A DNA stretch of 64,000 nt from Psilocybe cubensis (lineage: Eukaryota). Below are positions 25,545 to 39,590 of the stretch, one piece after another. Where the stretch lies: positions 1,612,001-1,676,000 of the forward strand of contig CM039005.1 of NCBI GenBank assembly GCA_017499595.2, given 5' to 3'. The translations under genes and the position numbers were made by a program. The notes beneath the pieces are model-generated. The model worked only from the letters and a program-made list of their open reading frames with translations. It ran no database searches and was not told the origin of the DNA. Position 1 is the first letter of the stretch; every line of letters begins with the position of its first letter.

Positions 25545-26602
25545 TCATGCCTTGGTTGCGATACTTGCTTTCTCTGCGCTGTCAGAAGTGATAGTTTCAT
25601 CGGGAGTGATAATGACGTCCATTTTCCAGTCATGTTCTCCAATAGGAACCTCCCCCCCTGGCAAAAGCTGTTCGCGCAGTCCAAGACCAACTAACAAATA
25701 ATTAGCCATTAGTCACTTTGTCACATATAGCTGCCTGAGGCCACTACTTCGGAGGAGAAAGATCCAGACGTACCGAGCAGTGGTTTCCGGTGATTTGATG
25801 ATACAGAGGTGACGGAGGTTGATGACGGCGAGTATGCGAACGCCGAGTTATATGCTGTGATAAACCTATCATAGTAACCTTTGCCGTGCCCAAGCCGGGA
25901 GAGTGTGCGATCAAATGCAACTCCTAGAAAGATCCTGTCAGTATGCGTTTTTAATCTCTGCATGATATCACACTGAAGGTGTACCGGGTAGAAGAATGAC
26001 GTCCAGTGGCTCGGGTGGCACTCCGAGAACTATACAGGCGGACCATGATTATGCTGGCAGTTGAGGTTAATACCCCCAAAGCACACACCTCGAGACCGTG
26101 TTTGACCTCCTTCCAATGATTCCCCTGGTTCCTTGATCCCCCACGTTCCACTTGGAAGCGATGCAAGATCGGCAGAAGAGTATATACGGAAGAAATCCAT
26201 AGTCCCGTCTTTCGTTAGGATTTTTGGAACGAATAGCATTTTGCCTTTGTGATGCAGCTTTGAGGCGAGGCAGTATCGTCAATCGATCGAATCAACTTAC
26301 CAGCATGCAAGATAGCGTTTACTATTGGCGCAGTTCGCACCTCACCTGTAGGCATGCTGAGGTAGCAGCTTATTGATCGACACTCCTGAAATGCAGGTAG
26401 GGATAAAACGCGTTCGGTAATTGCATGGGCTTTGCATTGCGATCCACGAAGACAAGAATCAGAGAAATGGTAAATTCAACAAGTATGACTGCCCACATTG
26501 CTCTTCCAGAGATGACTGAGGTATCTTGTTCAATTCGTTGCCTAAAGCTCGACGCAGGGATCTCTTTTGAGTTTTGAGGATAACTTGTGCGGCGGAGGCC
26601 AT
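25545..26602 (-). CDS. FAU1: 5-formyltetrahydrofolate cyclo-ligase
   Basis: KRSLRR, SCYLSMPTGEV, LFVPKI, WGIKEP, PGVAFDRTLSRLGHGKGYYDRF and HDWKMDVIITPD. Confidence 0.92.
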
Positions 26603-28362
26603 GGACCGAAGTAAGATTGCTTTAAAAAAGAACTCTGTACTTGAGTTCACACATTAAACCTCTCCGATCGAGCACGTATTCTTTGACGACAAGTTTGATG
26701 CAACGAGTTATTGGGCACGATCGCGAGGTGTTCAATGCAGCAGGCCAAGGGGCATGCCTCTTCCGTGGTCGTGACCAAGCTAATAGTTTAATTTTCAACT
26801 CCGATTTATTCTCCGACAGAAGGTCAAATTTCAAAGAGCTCTGTGGCCGATGCTCTCTACCTGACAATTAGGCAAACCTAGCCTTGAGATCTTGAGAAGT
26901 TATTCTCTCGGGCGAACTTGAACAACATGTTCTATATCTGTGCTAAAAATATGATGTCTCAATACTGGCAGTATCAGTGCTCCTCGTCGTCTCATCGAGG
27001 CATCAAGGTCAAATCAAGTTCAAAGTCGTTCGGACTGAAAAGCACCGCCACTGTGTAGTGTTTCGAAAATTCAGTGTTCATAAATTGGCCGCGGAGAGTA
27101 TATGGATTGGAATTTCGAGACTTACCGAGTCAATAATTTGCAACGAGGTTCCGCGAACTGGGTTTTGCAGGGTAGGTATCCGATTTAGGATTATTAGCTT
27201 TTCTTAAATTTTTATGCAGTCAGCCACGGTAGATAAGCCTGGTTCTCTCATAAAAAGCTACCATGTCTGCCATTGATCCAAATTGTTCCATGGATTTAAT
27301 TGGGCAGCATTCCCAGAAAGGACAGGTCTTTCTCAGTTCATCATCTCCATTTTGCTTTGTCCATTCGGAAAGGAAATTTGAAAGCAAGTTGAAGGCGAAT
27401 GATTCAAATCAATGTATCACGAAAGGTCATGGGTTACAGCAAGTTGTTACTGAGGTGATAATAGCACCGAGATCGAGCCAAACGAGCTTTCTGCACATTC
27501 CGTGGCTTATGACCTATTTACCCTGCTCGAAAGAGTGAAGGATCCAGGTTGAAATTCTGATATCCATTTGTGTACCTGACAACAGACAATATTTGTGTCC
27601 TTCCGAGCCGGTAATTTGCATGGGAGATATCGATACAGTATAAGGCATGATTAAACTGAGAAGAGACGCCGCGCTGGGTGCCTTTGTTGTGATCTGTTGT
27701 GGTGAGGAACGAGCAAAGGCCATAATTTTATCTGACGTAATTTATTTACGCGGTGTTTGTCGCCATCATCGCGAGCGTGCCTGCCAAAAATATGGCGTCC
27801 AATCTGTGTACCCAAAAACCAAGCAACAACTCCCTTTCCCTTCCCAGTGATCGTCTCCTTCCGCGCCAATCCACCCTACACGTACGCACTCCCCCATTTT
27901 GATATGCGAATCTTTTTAGAACTGACAAAAAACAACCAGGTGCAATTTACGGCACACTACGGTGTCTGTAACGCGTTCGAATTTTGCCTAGCACCATTTA
28001 GGCCTTGAATAAGCAAGCTTTTGTGAACCTATGTCCGTCCATTTCCATCACAGAACTTCGATGAACCTCATTGCAATCGCGACATAGGCCACCTGGTGTC
28101 AATTTTTTTGACCATCGCAAGAAAGCAAACGGTAAGCAACAGAAACACCAGTACTCGACATGTGAAGACTGATATGCTTGTGATTTTTCAGTTTTGGTTA
28201 GGTTCCCAAGGCCACTTCGCAGAGATATTATTTTGTTCAGTCGCATAAAGAATCCCACTTACTATCGCAAGGGGCTCTCTCTACAGCACCACCATCACAG
28301 CCGTTCGGTCCGTTAATTATAAAATTATCCTCGCCGATCCTGTTCTAATTAAAACCGCAGGG

Positions 28363-31354
28363 ATGAACACTCAAACTGGGCATCATGCACTCCACGAATC
28401 AATTTCGTATTCACAGAAGAGTGCAAACGATGTGCAGTTTCCGGCATATACTTCTTCCTCACGCAAACCATTTTCTTCTGAACCGATCCATTCACATTCA
28501 AGACACACACACCCTCACTTGGAGCCTCCGAGTCATCGTACATATAGCGGCATATCCGATTTCAGCCAAAGCGAGTCATCTCATCACCTCTCAAGCCATC
28601 CAATGCCCCCGGACGCTCATAAGTACTTAGAAACATCGCACAACCATGATCGCCTCAGCTACGAATACACTTCGCATTTAGATGATCCGCGTACCGGCTT
28701 GCATCCCCATTCATCAAATCATTACCGGGTCTATTCCATGAACCGATACCCTTCTTTATCCGAAACTACATACCCTGCTGATCATGATACCCTACCTCCT
28801 CTCAACGCCAAATCCCATTATTCACAAGAAGAACACTCCTCGCGGTCGCCGCTTGGACAATATCGCTCCACCTTGAGAGAGCACCATACTCTTTCATCCA
28901 GCAATTTGCAAAACATATCGCAAGACAATCGTGGATACAGCTCTCTTCCTGATAGAGCGACAGGGTATGCTTCTCAGCCTGGGACATCGCGCTATGCATC
29001 ATCTCGAAGAGTATCAAATGCATCGGATGCATCTGAGCACTCTCATCCGGATTCTCATCTGGATGATACACATTCAGACGAAGCGACACATAAGCTGCTA
29101 TCATTTCCATCAATGGAGCAGACGTCCTCCATTCCCATGAGTAACAATCCTTCGCGTCCCTTTCAGCATGGAAATGATCAACATCATGATTATGAACCTA
29201 CTTATCATCACGATCTACAACACGGAGAACACTTATACTCGCAACCACATATCCACTATTCACAATCTCATCACCCTCCAGGACATTATCACCAACATCG
29301 ACACCTGAACGCGGCCACAAGTAATCCTGCCACTCCTACACGTACGTGGCCCACAACTTATTGTTTATCTATACATCTTCTGCTCTTCTCATTCCCACCA
29401 TAGCTAACTACCTCCTCCTTTTGATCAGAATCACATTCTCATACCAGCTTCAGTCCAATCAACAGAAGAAACACCCCCAACGTCGTTCTCCCCTCACTCC
29501 CGCCGACTTTGCCATATCCTCATCCTCCACGATCGCGGGCAACGTCCGATCCATATTCCATTAATGAGGACAGCTACATCGAGCCCTCAAGTTCATCCAA
29601 ATTTTCTTCTTATCATGACTTTGGGACCGGTAGCAATCTCAATACTGGCGTCAGCACGCAGAAAAAAATGCAGTATGAACGCCTATCCGCGCCTCCGCCC
29701 AGGTTTGATGCCCCGGCCCCGGAAGACGACAATATCCTGTCGAGAGCTGGGAGCGGCCGAACAGAGCAAGAGCGAACAGTTGAGACGACTATCGCGGAGA
29801 GACCTGGCACAGGGCCGGCGTCTACCCCTGCAACAATACCTCCAATGATTGCAGGAACAATTAAGAAAAAAAAGAAATCAAAAATGCATGAATGTGAAAT
29901 TTGCCACAAGAAATTTCCTAGGTGAGCTTTTGGACTGTTTTAACACGCTTTTGTTGGCGCTCGCAGCCTCTTAGCAGAGGCGAAAAAGAAAGCAGAAGAT
30001 GCCGATAACGTGTGATGTCATCTAATGCAGATGAAAACGACTGAATAATTTCTCCCTTGAACTGACTGTTTTTGTCCAATGTAGGCCTAGCGGGTTGAAA
30101 ACACACATGAACACCCATAGCAATGAAAGACGTGCGTCTGCATTTTTTCTCCGCTTTGCCATAATCTGAATGTAACAAACCATAGCATTTCCCTGTGACT
30201 ATCCCGGTTGCACGCGTACGTTTGGAGTTCGGTCGAACGCAAGACGACATATGCGGACGCATGGCGTTATTCCAACGGCAATGCCTCCATCAGTGCCAGA
30301 AGAACCTTCATATGTCGTCGGATTCGATACTCCGATGATTTTTGCCCCTGAACATTCAAATAGGAACGTACATGCTTCATCGTCAGATTTGTATCGAGTA
30401 GGGGCTAGCAGCAAAAGGTTGGACGTAAGGGGACAGTCGGGCTCTTTGCGCCAACAAGAAATACCTGAAGGCCGAATTACACCTTCTACACGGGTTAATG
30501 GATATAGAGTTAGGTGGATGCCTTTGAGTGTGGATAGGCAGGGCGCCTTGCGTGCAGGCCATAATGTGGCGGATATGCATGCAGTACAAGACACTATCCA
30601 AGGCCAGGATGCTGCGAGGAAAGAGGAGGAAAATGTGCACCAAGAAGATATGCGAGGACGTTTCGTGGAAGAGAATCCCACATCTATGCGCCCACGGTTA
30701 CGACTGGATATACATAGCCAATCTGACGACGCCAACGACGACGATATGTACAATGATTACAGCGATCGAGCTCTACTTTCACGGCCAAGCCTTCTTTCTG
30801 GACAGAATGTACCAAGTTCGCATCATTCCCCTTCATCATTTACTGCCTCCAGGTCCCCGACACAGGGAGTCTCTGCCTCTACATCGACTATGCTGATCTC
30901 TTCGATTGTCGACCAAGACACGCCGGCGACGCAGTTGGGGCCTTCCAACCGTCTATCCATGACTAATCTGCATTCGCGCCAATCCTGCTCATCATTGGGT
31001 CCCTCGAGATCAACCATGAAATCGTGCAGATGCTCTCCGCCGTGTCCTGGAGATTCTTCGGGCACAGTCAACTGTCGAGTGCTAGGCCCTGTCTATCCAG
31101 CATTGACATCACCGTCCGTTTCGATTCATTCTTTTACAACATCTTCTCCTGGCACTTCGACTTCTCCAATCAATCTTTCGAGCAGATATGGACCGACAGG
31201 TGGATACGAGTTGGCGGACGCGTATGACTCGCACGAAGGCATCGACCGCCGAAGTACAACCTCCAGTGCTTCCCCCTACGACACCTACGGTCATTCCTAT
31301 GGCGACGACTCGCGTCCATATCGCGTCCCGCAGGTGAATACTCTCTCCTTTTGA
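28363..31354 (+). CDS. C2H2 zinc-finger transcription factor (2 fingers, long His/Ser-rich disordered flanks)
   Basis: Spliced HECEICHKKFPRPSGLKTHMNTHSNERPFPCDYPGCTRTFGVRSNARRHMRTH, preceded by a KKKKKSK NLS-like run. Confidence 0.85.
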
Positions 31355-31951
31355 TTTCTCTTCCTTATCCGCATTCTATTTCTTTTTCTTCTGCTGTGTT
31401 CAAAAATTCCTGAAATATAGAATCAGACAACACGCAGAACAACATTCATTTCAAAATTGATAAAGATGTGATTCACTCATGTCGTTTTCTTTTCTTTTCC
31501 TTCTCAGCGTGACCGTAAAACTTAAGCAATGAATCTTCGCATGCTCACGTTTACATACTCCTTCTCGCCAGCTCTCTGTCCTTTCAGACTCAGCGCTGGT
31601 TATTTTGAAAGCGCCTCCTTGGCCTCAAATTGCGGTTTGATTAGCAGAATAAGAGCGAGTCGGCGATTGAAATCATTGTCAGCAGGCTCTTCTATTCATT
31701 TATATGTATTCATCTACATTACTATCTTTCTTTTTCTCATTGCACACATTATGTACATAGTAGCACACACACTAACTAGGCATATTTTCATTCACAAATG
31801 CTTTGTGTTGTTGAGTCAGTGAACGCGGTGGTATTCGTGCGGGGCGCGTGGGCACATTAAGCTTGGCTGTCAATAATAAAAATAGGACCAAAGGCTTCTC
31901 CTCTTGACCACGACACCGCAAGAGCGCGTCGGCTTGCTCAACGATGCCCAT

Positions 31952-32586
31952 ATGGCCGATTCTCCTTCCAAAGTCCTTCTAGACACTTCTCCAAGATCGC
32001 CAACAGCACCATATCGTTGGCCTCCTGAACCAGAAGAACAACGTAGTAGGGCGCCAGAGTTCTACGGTTTTGTCGCGTGGACGTCAACCTATCTCCTGTT
32101 TCTGTTGTACCTGTTGTGGGCTATCCTACCGGATGAGTGGTTGGTATGGTGCGGGGTGACTTGGTATCCAAACCGGTGCGTCTCGGTGAAGAACTTACAC
32201 TCGGGTTTTAGTGATTGATGATCCTACATGAATACAGTGAATGGGCACTGTTAGTCCCGTCATGGACTGTCGTAACGGTGCTCTTGACATACTTCGTCTA
32301 CTTTGCCCTCGCAATTCGAGCTACGCCTGCTTTCGATGAGATGGGCTCTGTCACAGGTGTGGACTAAGTACATTCACTTCATTGTCCCCAATTGATCTGT
32401 GTCCACTCCCTAGATTCGCGTATTGCGTTACCCTCGCAGGAACCTGGTACACGTAACCCATATTTTGCGAGCGCGGAAAATGATGCCATTCCCGAATTAT
32501 ATGATATTCCTATTGGATTGGTTAATAGCGTTCTGTATCATGATGCATTGCAGCGGGCTGCGTCGAAACGCTCGTGGCATGATTAG
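31952..32586 (+). CDS. GPI19: GPI-GlcNAc transferase subunit PIG-P/Gpi19
   Basis: EFYGFVAW, YLLWAILPD, GVTWYPNREWALLVPSW and IPELYDIPIGLVNSVLY. Confidence 0.9.
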
Positions 32587-32885
32587 GGGCCTTCAACGAA
32601 GCGTATGGAATTGTGTCTGCGATTGTCAACTTATAGTTCTTTACATTGGGTGCGCAAACCTCTGCGAAATTCGCTTCAAACAGAATGTCCAGCTACCTAG
32701 TGTTTTCGCCGAGAATCCGTTCGCAAAGAAACTAGTTCCATATATCCCGTAAATCTATTAGGACCATGCTTGAGCTATAATACAACAAAGAAAGCAGAGG
32801 GACAGCAGTATTATAACTAAAAATACATATAAAAACTTCCTAAAATCCAAGGAATCATGAGCACCTGTTAAAAACCCATTGATTA

Positions 32886-35800
32886 TCAGCAAAGCCAGAA
32901 AGAGGTGAAGAAGAAATTTAATGCACACCGAAAATGGGACAACCTCGCCCGAGCAGAAGTTGTCACCATCTCGTCTGTCCATGCAGTAGGATCCAATTCT
33001 TCAATTTCGTCGTCCATTGTTAGATCGATAGGCTCGCTGTGATTTTGAGACGAAGCGGAGGACGCGCTCCCATTCCCTTTGCCAGAAACTTTGACTGTCT
33101 CAAAAAGTAACACGTTACGTCGAGGTTGCCCTTTGTCCAGCTGCTTGATGTTCGGCGGATTCATCGAAGAGTTGCTATTTCCCGATGTCCCAAATAACTT
33201 AGATGGGGCGGACCGGGGAGGTTTATAGTTTGCCAGAGAATGTCGGCCAGCAGGGGTAACATTGGTATCGCTGCGTCGCAATTCAAACGCTCGACTCGTT
33301 GTGGGTCGAGAGGAACCAGGGGGGGATGTTTTTAGTTTTTTGGAAGTCATTTTGGGAGACAAAGGGCGGATTGGATGCCGTTGCGTAATTACATGCTGAA
33401 CTGAACGCCTAGCCTGCAATGGGGTTTTGGCAGGAGGTAAAGCCCATCGCTGCTTCCACCCCGCCATGACGGCAGCTTGACTCTGCGCAACCAATTCTTG
33501 TTGCCATCTCGGATCGTCTTCATCTTCTAGGGCATCAACATCGACGACATCAATGAACCGTGCGGGTTGCTGTTCATTACAATTGGGGGTTTCGGAAGAC
33601 GGGCTTGGGGGTGAAGCTGATCCAGACACCGATTTAACCTTTTCATTAAAATCGAGTACCGTCTCTTCGTCTCCCAACATTTTCCGAAGATCTGGGCCGC
33701 AATATAAAGTGGGGGATGGAACATCGTCGATATCGGGGTACAAGCGTTCCTTTCCTTCGGGACTGGGAGTTGATGCCACGAGAACGACAACTTGGCTTTC
33801 TCCAGCGGCCTTGGACTTGGACTTGGCGATCCTTCGCAATGGCGTCTTTTCATTATGAAAACGGCTTCGAGATTTAGGCTTCCTCACTGAAACCGGACTT
33901 GACACCACCTCCGCGCCAAAACTAGTATCAGCTTCCTCTTCATCGTCGCTTGGAATAACGCCTGTCAACGACACTACTCGCCGTTGACGACTGGGTCCTG
34001 GTGGGGAAGAAAGATCCTGAGCATCCTTGGAGCACGAAGACGAAGGTGAAAGATAGCCATCTTCTTGCTCTACAACGTCTGAAAATTCTTCGATATTCAA
34101 GGATACACGTCCGTCGGAGTTGATTTCGTCAATTCGGCCTTGGAGGGAAAGGTCAGAGACATTCATATCTGATTCAGAATCTTCCAGCTTTTGATCTTCA
34201 GCATCGGTGGCAACATGGAAGTTCTCTTTATTTGCGTGGGTCCGGGAAGGACCAGCAACGGGGGGAAGTCCATCGCTGTGCCTTCGTCTGACAGAACCAA
34301 ACTTTGTTTCGTCGTTGGCAGAAAAAAACCTTGACTGTGCGGATTTTATCGGAGAATAACTGTGTCTGTGTCTCTTCTTATGTGCCAGATCCTGATCCAT
34401 GACTTCTGATAACGTCCTTTTCCCACTCGCCTTCCCAACAGAAACCGTCTGGTGTTTCATTGGGATAGCTACGGGTTTTTTCTTTGGAGGCGCAGCGGGG
34501 ATAATTGGATTACGACCTGAGAGTATTTTGAGTTATATTGTAGACAAAACAACATAGAACCCACCAAAAAAGTCGAGAATCCCCCCGCCTGATTTGACTG
34601 GAGTTGGCAAACTCTGTCGCGCCTTGGATTTACCTTTGGACGTCATCGAGGGGGTATTGGTCTCCATGTGAATGGGTTTCAAGGCGCGCGGGAGGAAATC
34701 GGGGTTAATATCCTTGATTGGAAGATATGAGTCTGGGTCATAGTTTCCGAGGGCGATTCCCTTCGCAAGAGTAGGTTCAATATCACTGTACAAATAGATA
34801 TCTTAGCTATAGTGTCAGAACACCAAAACATAAAAGTCAACCTTCCAACGTATGCGTCGAATTCTTCGTTCCAATCTGAGTCGACGTCGGTGAGGTGCAC
34901 AAGTTTTTCCTGCCTAGGACAATATACGCGCTGATGTAGAAAGCACTTCTCTGCCAATTTGAATTGTTTGGAGTAGCCAGGTGGGACTGATTTTTTCCCT
35001 TCTATGCTAATGGCTCGAATGACTGCATCGGGGGTTTTCCACTTCTTCAGAAGGTTGCAAGCAGTCTTCAGACCGATACCGGGTATACTTGGTAGATAAT
35101 CGCACCCGCTCAAGATTGCCATAGCGCGAAACTGCACGTCGGACCAGCCGATGAGAGATATGCTATTCGCATCTCCGGGGGATGTCGCCACTGCCCCAAA
35201 ATCTTTGCGGGAAATCGACACCACGGTGGCGTTGACGGAATCGAACTTGAAAAGGACGTTCTGACACCCGAAGACGAGGAGATCGGAGTCTTCTGTGAGG
35301 ATGGCATCTACGAATCCTGCCAATTCGAGATAAGCAAGCTGTGCATCGGCTTCGTACGGCGCCACTACGTAGGAAACCGATTCGGCTCGCAATGCCTGGG
35401 AACAATAAAGGAACATGTTGGTCAGTCGGGAGGGTAATAATGTTAAGATGCCCACCTTTATGAATTGGAAAGCCATTTCTGGTGTAACGTCGGCACATTT
35501 GATGAAGAACTCGCGGGCTTGCGACATCTTGCCCTGTGCCATGAATGCTTTACCCTTGGCTAAATTTTCCTCTCGTCTGGCCTTCCTTTCGCTCTCGGTG
35601 CCCTTCTTCGCTGGGAGCGGACCTCCGTCAAAGACAATGTATGGGATTATCTTATAGTGCTGAAGCATTCGGACGCGATGCATTGCATAGTCGACATACC
35701 TAACGAAAGAAGTCAGAATGATGTCGTATTTGTCGATATCAAAAGGTGGATCCTCTTTGTAGTAAAGAATAGAAGAAACAAAGTACTAACTTATTTGTGG

Positions 35801-35951
35801 CCTTTCCAGTCGCGAGCTCTATCGCACACGAGTAGACGCCTCGGTGTAACCAGACGTAGGCATCTACAGCAACGGTCTTGCCAGAATATTCGGAAAGATG
35901 TCTGGTAACTTGGATAGACTTCAAAGCCGGCAAGAGACCAGAGATTCCCAT
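32886..35951 (-). CDS. EXO1: Exonuclease 1 (XPG/FEN1 family); exact 3' end uncertain
   Basis: MGISGLLP..VAVDAYVWLHRG, VFDGGPLPAK, VAPYEADAQLAYL, TEDSDLLVFG, LSGCDYLPSIPGIGLKTA and FLHQRVYCP, with a long disordered tail. Confidence 0.95.
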
Positions 35952-36124
35952 AATCTATGGATAGGGGTTCTGAACAAGAGGTCTATGTGGCATGAAAAGG
36001 AATGCGGGGAATTTGAAGGCGGAATTGATGTGGTCACTGGTGGTCCAAGGAAGCCTTTATTTTTGTATCAAAACTCAACTCACGAACGCGCTCGTCACAG
36101 GTAAGTCACAGGTCTCGTGACGTT

Positions 36125-36134
36125 CGCGACGCGT
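36125..36134. promoter_or_regulatory. MCB-like element (ACGCGT) upstream of EXO1
   Basis: CGCGACGCGT lies about 175 bp upstream of the EXO1 ATG, consistent with G1/S regulation of repair genes. Confidence 0.35.
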
Positions 36135-36306
36135 AAATAGGTTTTTTCAAAGCGACCAAAAAGAGACTACATAAAAATTTCAAAGTGAATTGGCTGATGC
36201 AGAGCCCAAAGGAGCCGGTTAACTAGAAAATGGCATGAAATATCAGAAATCTATCTTTACAAAGATGATATTTTGAGAAGATGAGTAGTAAATAATTATG
36301 ACGGTG

Positions 36307-37416
36307 TTAGTTGGGGGACATCTGACCACCGCCCAACCCAATAGCGGCAATTGTTTTTCCGCAGTGACAAGGCTTCAAGATCCAAGTCGCTCACAGGAAG
36401 TGTTCCCAGCCACTTATCGTTATCAATAATTTCGTCCAGGCAGAGTCCCATCTCCTCTCCCTTCTGCAAAAAATTTTCGCAGACGTGAGCTCGAGTGTAC
36501 GATCCAGCCTAATTCAACGATAAACGTGGTATTAGCCAACTGGTTGTCAGAAACAGAAGAACGTAAACTAACTCCAATAAATACTCGTGCCTCTTTAGTT
36601 CTGGCAAGTAGCATGCTAATGGAAGATAGCAATACATCGTGCGAGTCAAAGAAATGTAACAAGTCCGACAAAATCATTACATCATAACCTCCTTTCGAAC
36701 CGTTGTCGGATTTGCAGATCTCTCTAATCGACATTGAGGATATTTTAAGTATACAAGAAGCTCTTCATACTCACAGTAGTTTCAGCGGGTCTGTCCCCCA
36801 TTCGTAGCCCTCACACTTCACAGTACATCCAGGTTTCACAAGAGCAGCGTTCCTCTGTACGTTGGCCTCAACATTCCCCAGAATTGCAGGATCAGGATAG
36901 TCGGTGACAACAAGAAGGGACGGTGGATTTGCTTGAATGCTCAACAATAATGACGGAAGAGCAGTGCCTGCTCCAAGTTCAACAACTTGTTCATCCAGGA
37001 TTAACACCAAAGTATTCCCAGAAAATTGTCAGGGCTCACCAGTTTTCCCGCTGAGATCATGAAGGAGTCCTCTTTCAATCCTCTCCGCCAGAAACAGTGC
37101 CGGGGAGAATAGGTGATCTGCCAAAAGCGAGTTTGCCTTGATTTATGCTTGAGAGCCCTGTACCAATGAACAGGAATGGTACTGAGCGCACTTTGCCTTC
37201 CTAAGAGCACCGATTTACGCAGAAGAGGGCGATCGTAATAATGTTATGATCATGGGATCCTTTATTATTGAAAAGCCATACCTTTGGTGCCAGTGTCAAA
37301 ACTAAAGATCCATATCGGATGAAGTTGTTTTCGATCACAGGTTTACCGCCCAGAAACTCTAGAGCCTCGGCCAGAATATCTTCGGCGTCTTCATCTGTAA
37401 CCTCATGTATAGACAT
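36307..37416 (-). CDS. Methyltransf_16-family protein-lysine methyltransferase (EFM7/NNT1-like)
   Basis: ANSLLADHLFSPALFLAE, VVELGAGTALPSL, VVTDYPD, GYEWG and DVMILSDLL. Confidence 0.8.
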
Positions 37417-37667
37417 ACCGAATCTTATAAGTTGAAGTTATATCAGGTCGTGGATCAAGAGCCAGTGTAGAAGAGCCAGTGAGCAGTGTGTTACGGAAGT
37501 CATTGGTAAATAATAGCAAATAGATAAGCTGTACAAGCATCAACAACCATATTAGTCAGACTATGTCAGTGACGGTTGACTGATGCTCGTTAGTGGCCAC
37601 GACCATGGGCAACTCAAGGCAACTTAATGTCAAACAGTCTCTTTCTAGTTTCTACTAGTTTCTACTA

Positions 37668-38259
37668 AGATTGGGCTCATCAGAAACCAGCACCCTTACG
37701 TAATCAATGGGCTTGGCGCCAAGAGCGGCCAAAATCCAGCTCGAAAAAAAAATCAAAAGTTATGTTGACGGAAAATGGTTTCAGACAAAAAGTTTAAAAA
37801 AAAAAAATTCATAAATGTGCATATACAATCCTTACTACTAGCCTTTATGCCCACAATAATAGAATTACACCTCAGAGGTCAAATTGTAGTCTCTGGAAGT
37901 CCATAATGAGTCTGAGAGGTATTACTTAGGCGTGACTTATTGTCACGTGTGGTCACGTGTACCATTATATAAGCGGCCAAAAGAACATTGTCAAATTTTC
38001 GAAAATCTCCCAAACTCGAGAAAACACCATTTCTGACGTGTTAGACTAAAAAAAAAGGAAAAAAATTAAAATCTTTATAACTTCTTGAGATCAAAATTTT
38101 TTTGAAAAAAAAAACCACAGATGTGTTCAAAGAAGCATAACCTACATATCTGTGGTTCAAAAATGTAGAATAGTGTGAGTGCAGAAGGGTTGAAAAGGTT
38201 CGGAGGTAAGCCAACTTTTGCTTACCTAAGGGGGTGCTGGTTCCTGATGAGCCCAATCT
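37668..38259. mobile_element. 592-bp non-autonomous DNA transposon (MITE), Tc1/mariner-like TA target duplication
   Basis: 28-bp TIRs with 1 mismatch (AGATTGGGCTCATCAG(A/G)AACCAGCACCC) and TA on both flanks (37666-67, 38260-61). AT-rich non-coding interior. Confidence 0.85.
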
Positions 38260-39590
38260 TAGAGCCGCCGTGCAATCAGATCATCTAACCAGAACGCTGC
38301 CCGGTTTCTAGGACGGCATACTTACATGTATCATTTTCTTGGCTGTGTGCCGATTGGTCCGTCTTGTAACTTTGTAGTGCTCTAATAGCACGCGCTTATC
38401 TCTTTTCAGAACCTTTGGTCAGCGTAAACCCTCGAACCTTCACATGCGGCACAGGAATGTAGTGGCAAGTTCCACCGTTCTACTTGTTGTCGAAGATGCA
38501 TTTGATGTTGCTCAATCTCATTCCCTGGCTTATAATCACAGGAAGGCGCAGGCTTCGTCAGGAGTCAGTCAGGAGCCATATCGCTCCAGAAATTTGCTTA
38601 TCGCTTCAATTTCTGACCGTACCTGGCACACGTCTTGATATCTACCATGAGATGATTAGTTTCCTGATTGGAAGGAGACGACGTGGTGTTGTAGGTGTTA
38701 TGTCGTATACGTTCCATGACAACCCTCCACGGGGTTGCTGGCTTCCTTTGGTTGGTGAGAGATTCGTTGGGTCCTCATGGGACGCGAAGACCCTTCATTA
38801 CACCAACAGCTTCCATCTCTGTCGATTAGCCTCCGGAATTAATGTCATATTTTAACTTTTACCATCAACACCCGTCAGCTCTACAACATTTGATCACATC
38901 AACAAAACGTTGCCTAGTGTCGCATGATACCGTCTGGAAAAATCCAATTCTGCAGGGTTCGACCATAGTCGACGACGTGACATTGATACATGGAACATAC
39001 TCCACGGATTCAAATTCTAATCGATGTCTTCCGTGGCTAAAAATATTGGGCGCCTAGTGTGCTATTTCCACGTCTGTCATCGCACATGCGAATAAGAATA
39101 GACAAGCATTGGCAAGAGCTTGTTCTGAGGGGATTTCTGCCTTCTTTGGACCCGGGGAAGTCTATGGGAGGCGGTATCACCGCCAAGGAGGCCAAGCTTG
39201 GAGAAACCGACCGAAATCTGCCCGTAACTTCGGTGACGCCAAGCAGCCAAGTCCTCGCTCGCTATCAAGATTTTAGGTGCGATGCAAGCTGGCCAATTAC
39301 AATGCTGCTGTTGTATGGCAGAGTATTATAAAGAGACTCCGCTTGCAAGAAACGAGTCTATCTCCTCCTTCCCCTTCCTTCTTGGTTCTTTTTTTTGGTC
39401 GCGGGTTGATTCCCTTAGAGGTTTTCAATTTATTTCTTTCTCATTTTCTGGCGCTAGTTCCGCCTTTTTTTTGACCGCCTTACCCTTACCCTCCGAGCGC
39501 CAGTCGTTTCTTTGGGTTTTATTGCTTTCTTTGTCTACATCCCTTTTCTTTACAACAATCTATCACCCTCTTTGATTTTTTCTATCCAAC

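Noticed and set aside
30008-30042. Hammerhead-ribozyme-like TGATG-stem-GAAAAC in the zinc-finger intron
   Set aside because: The core deviates from CUGAUGA/GAAA, and I could not build stems I and III.
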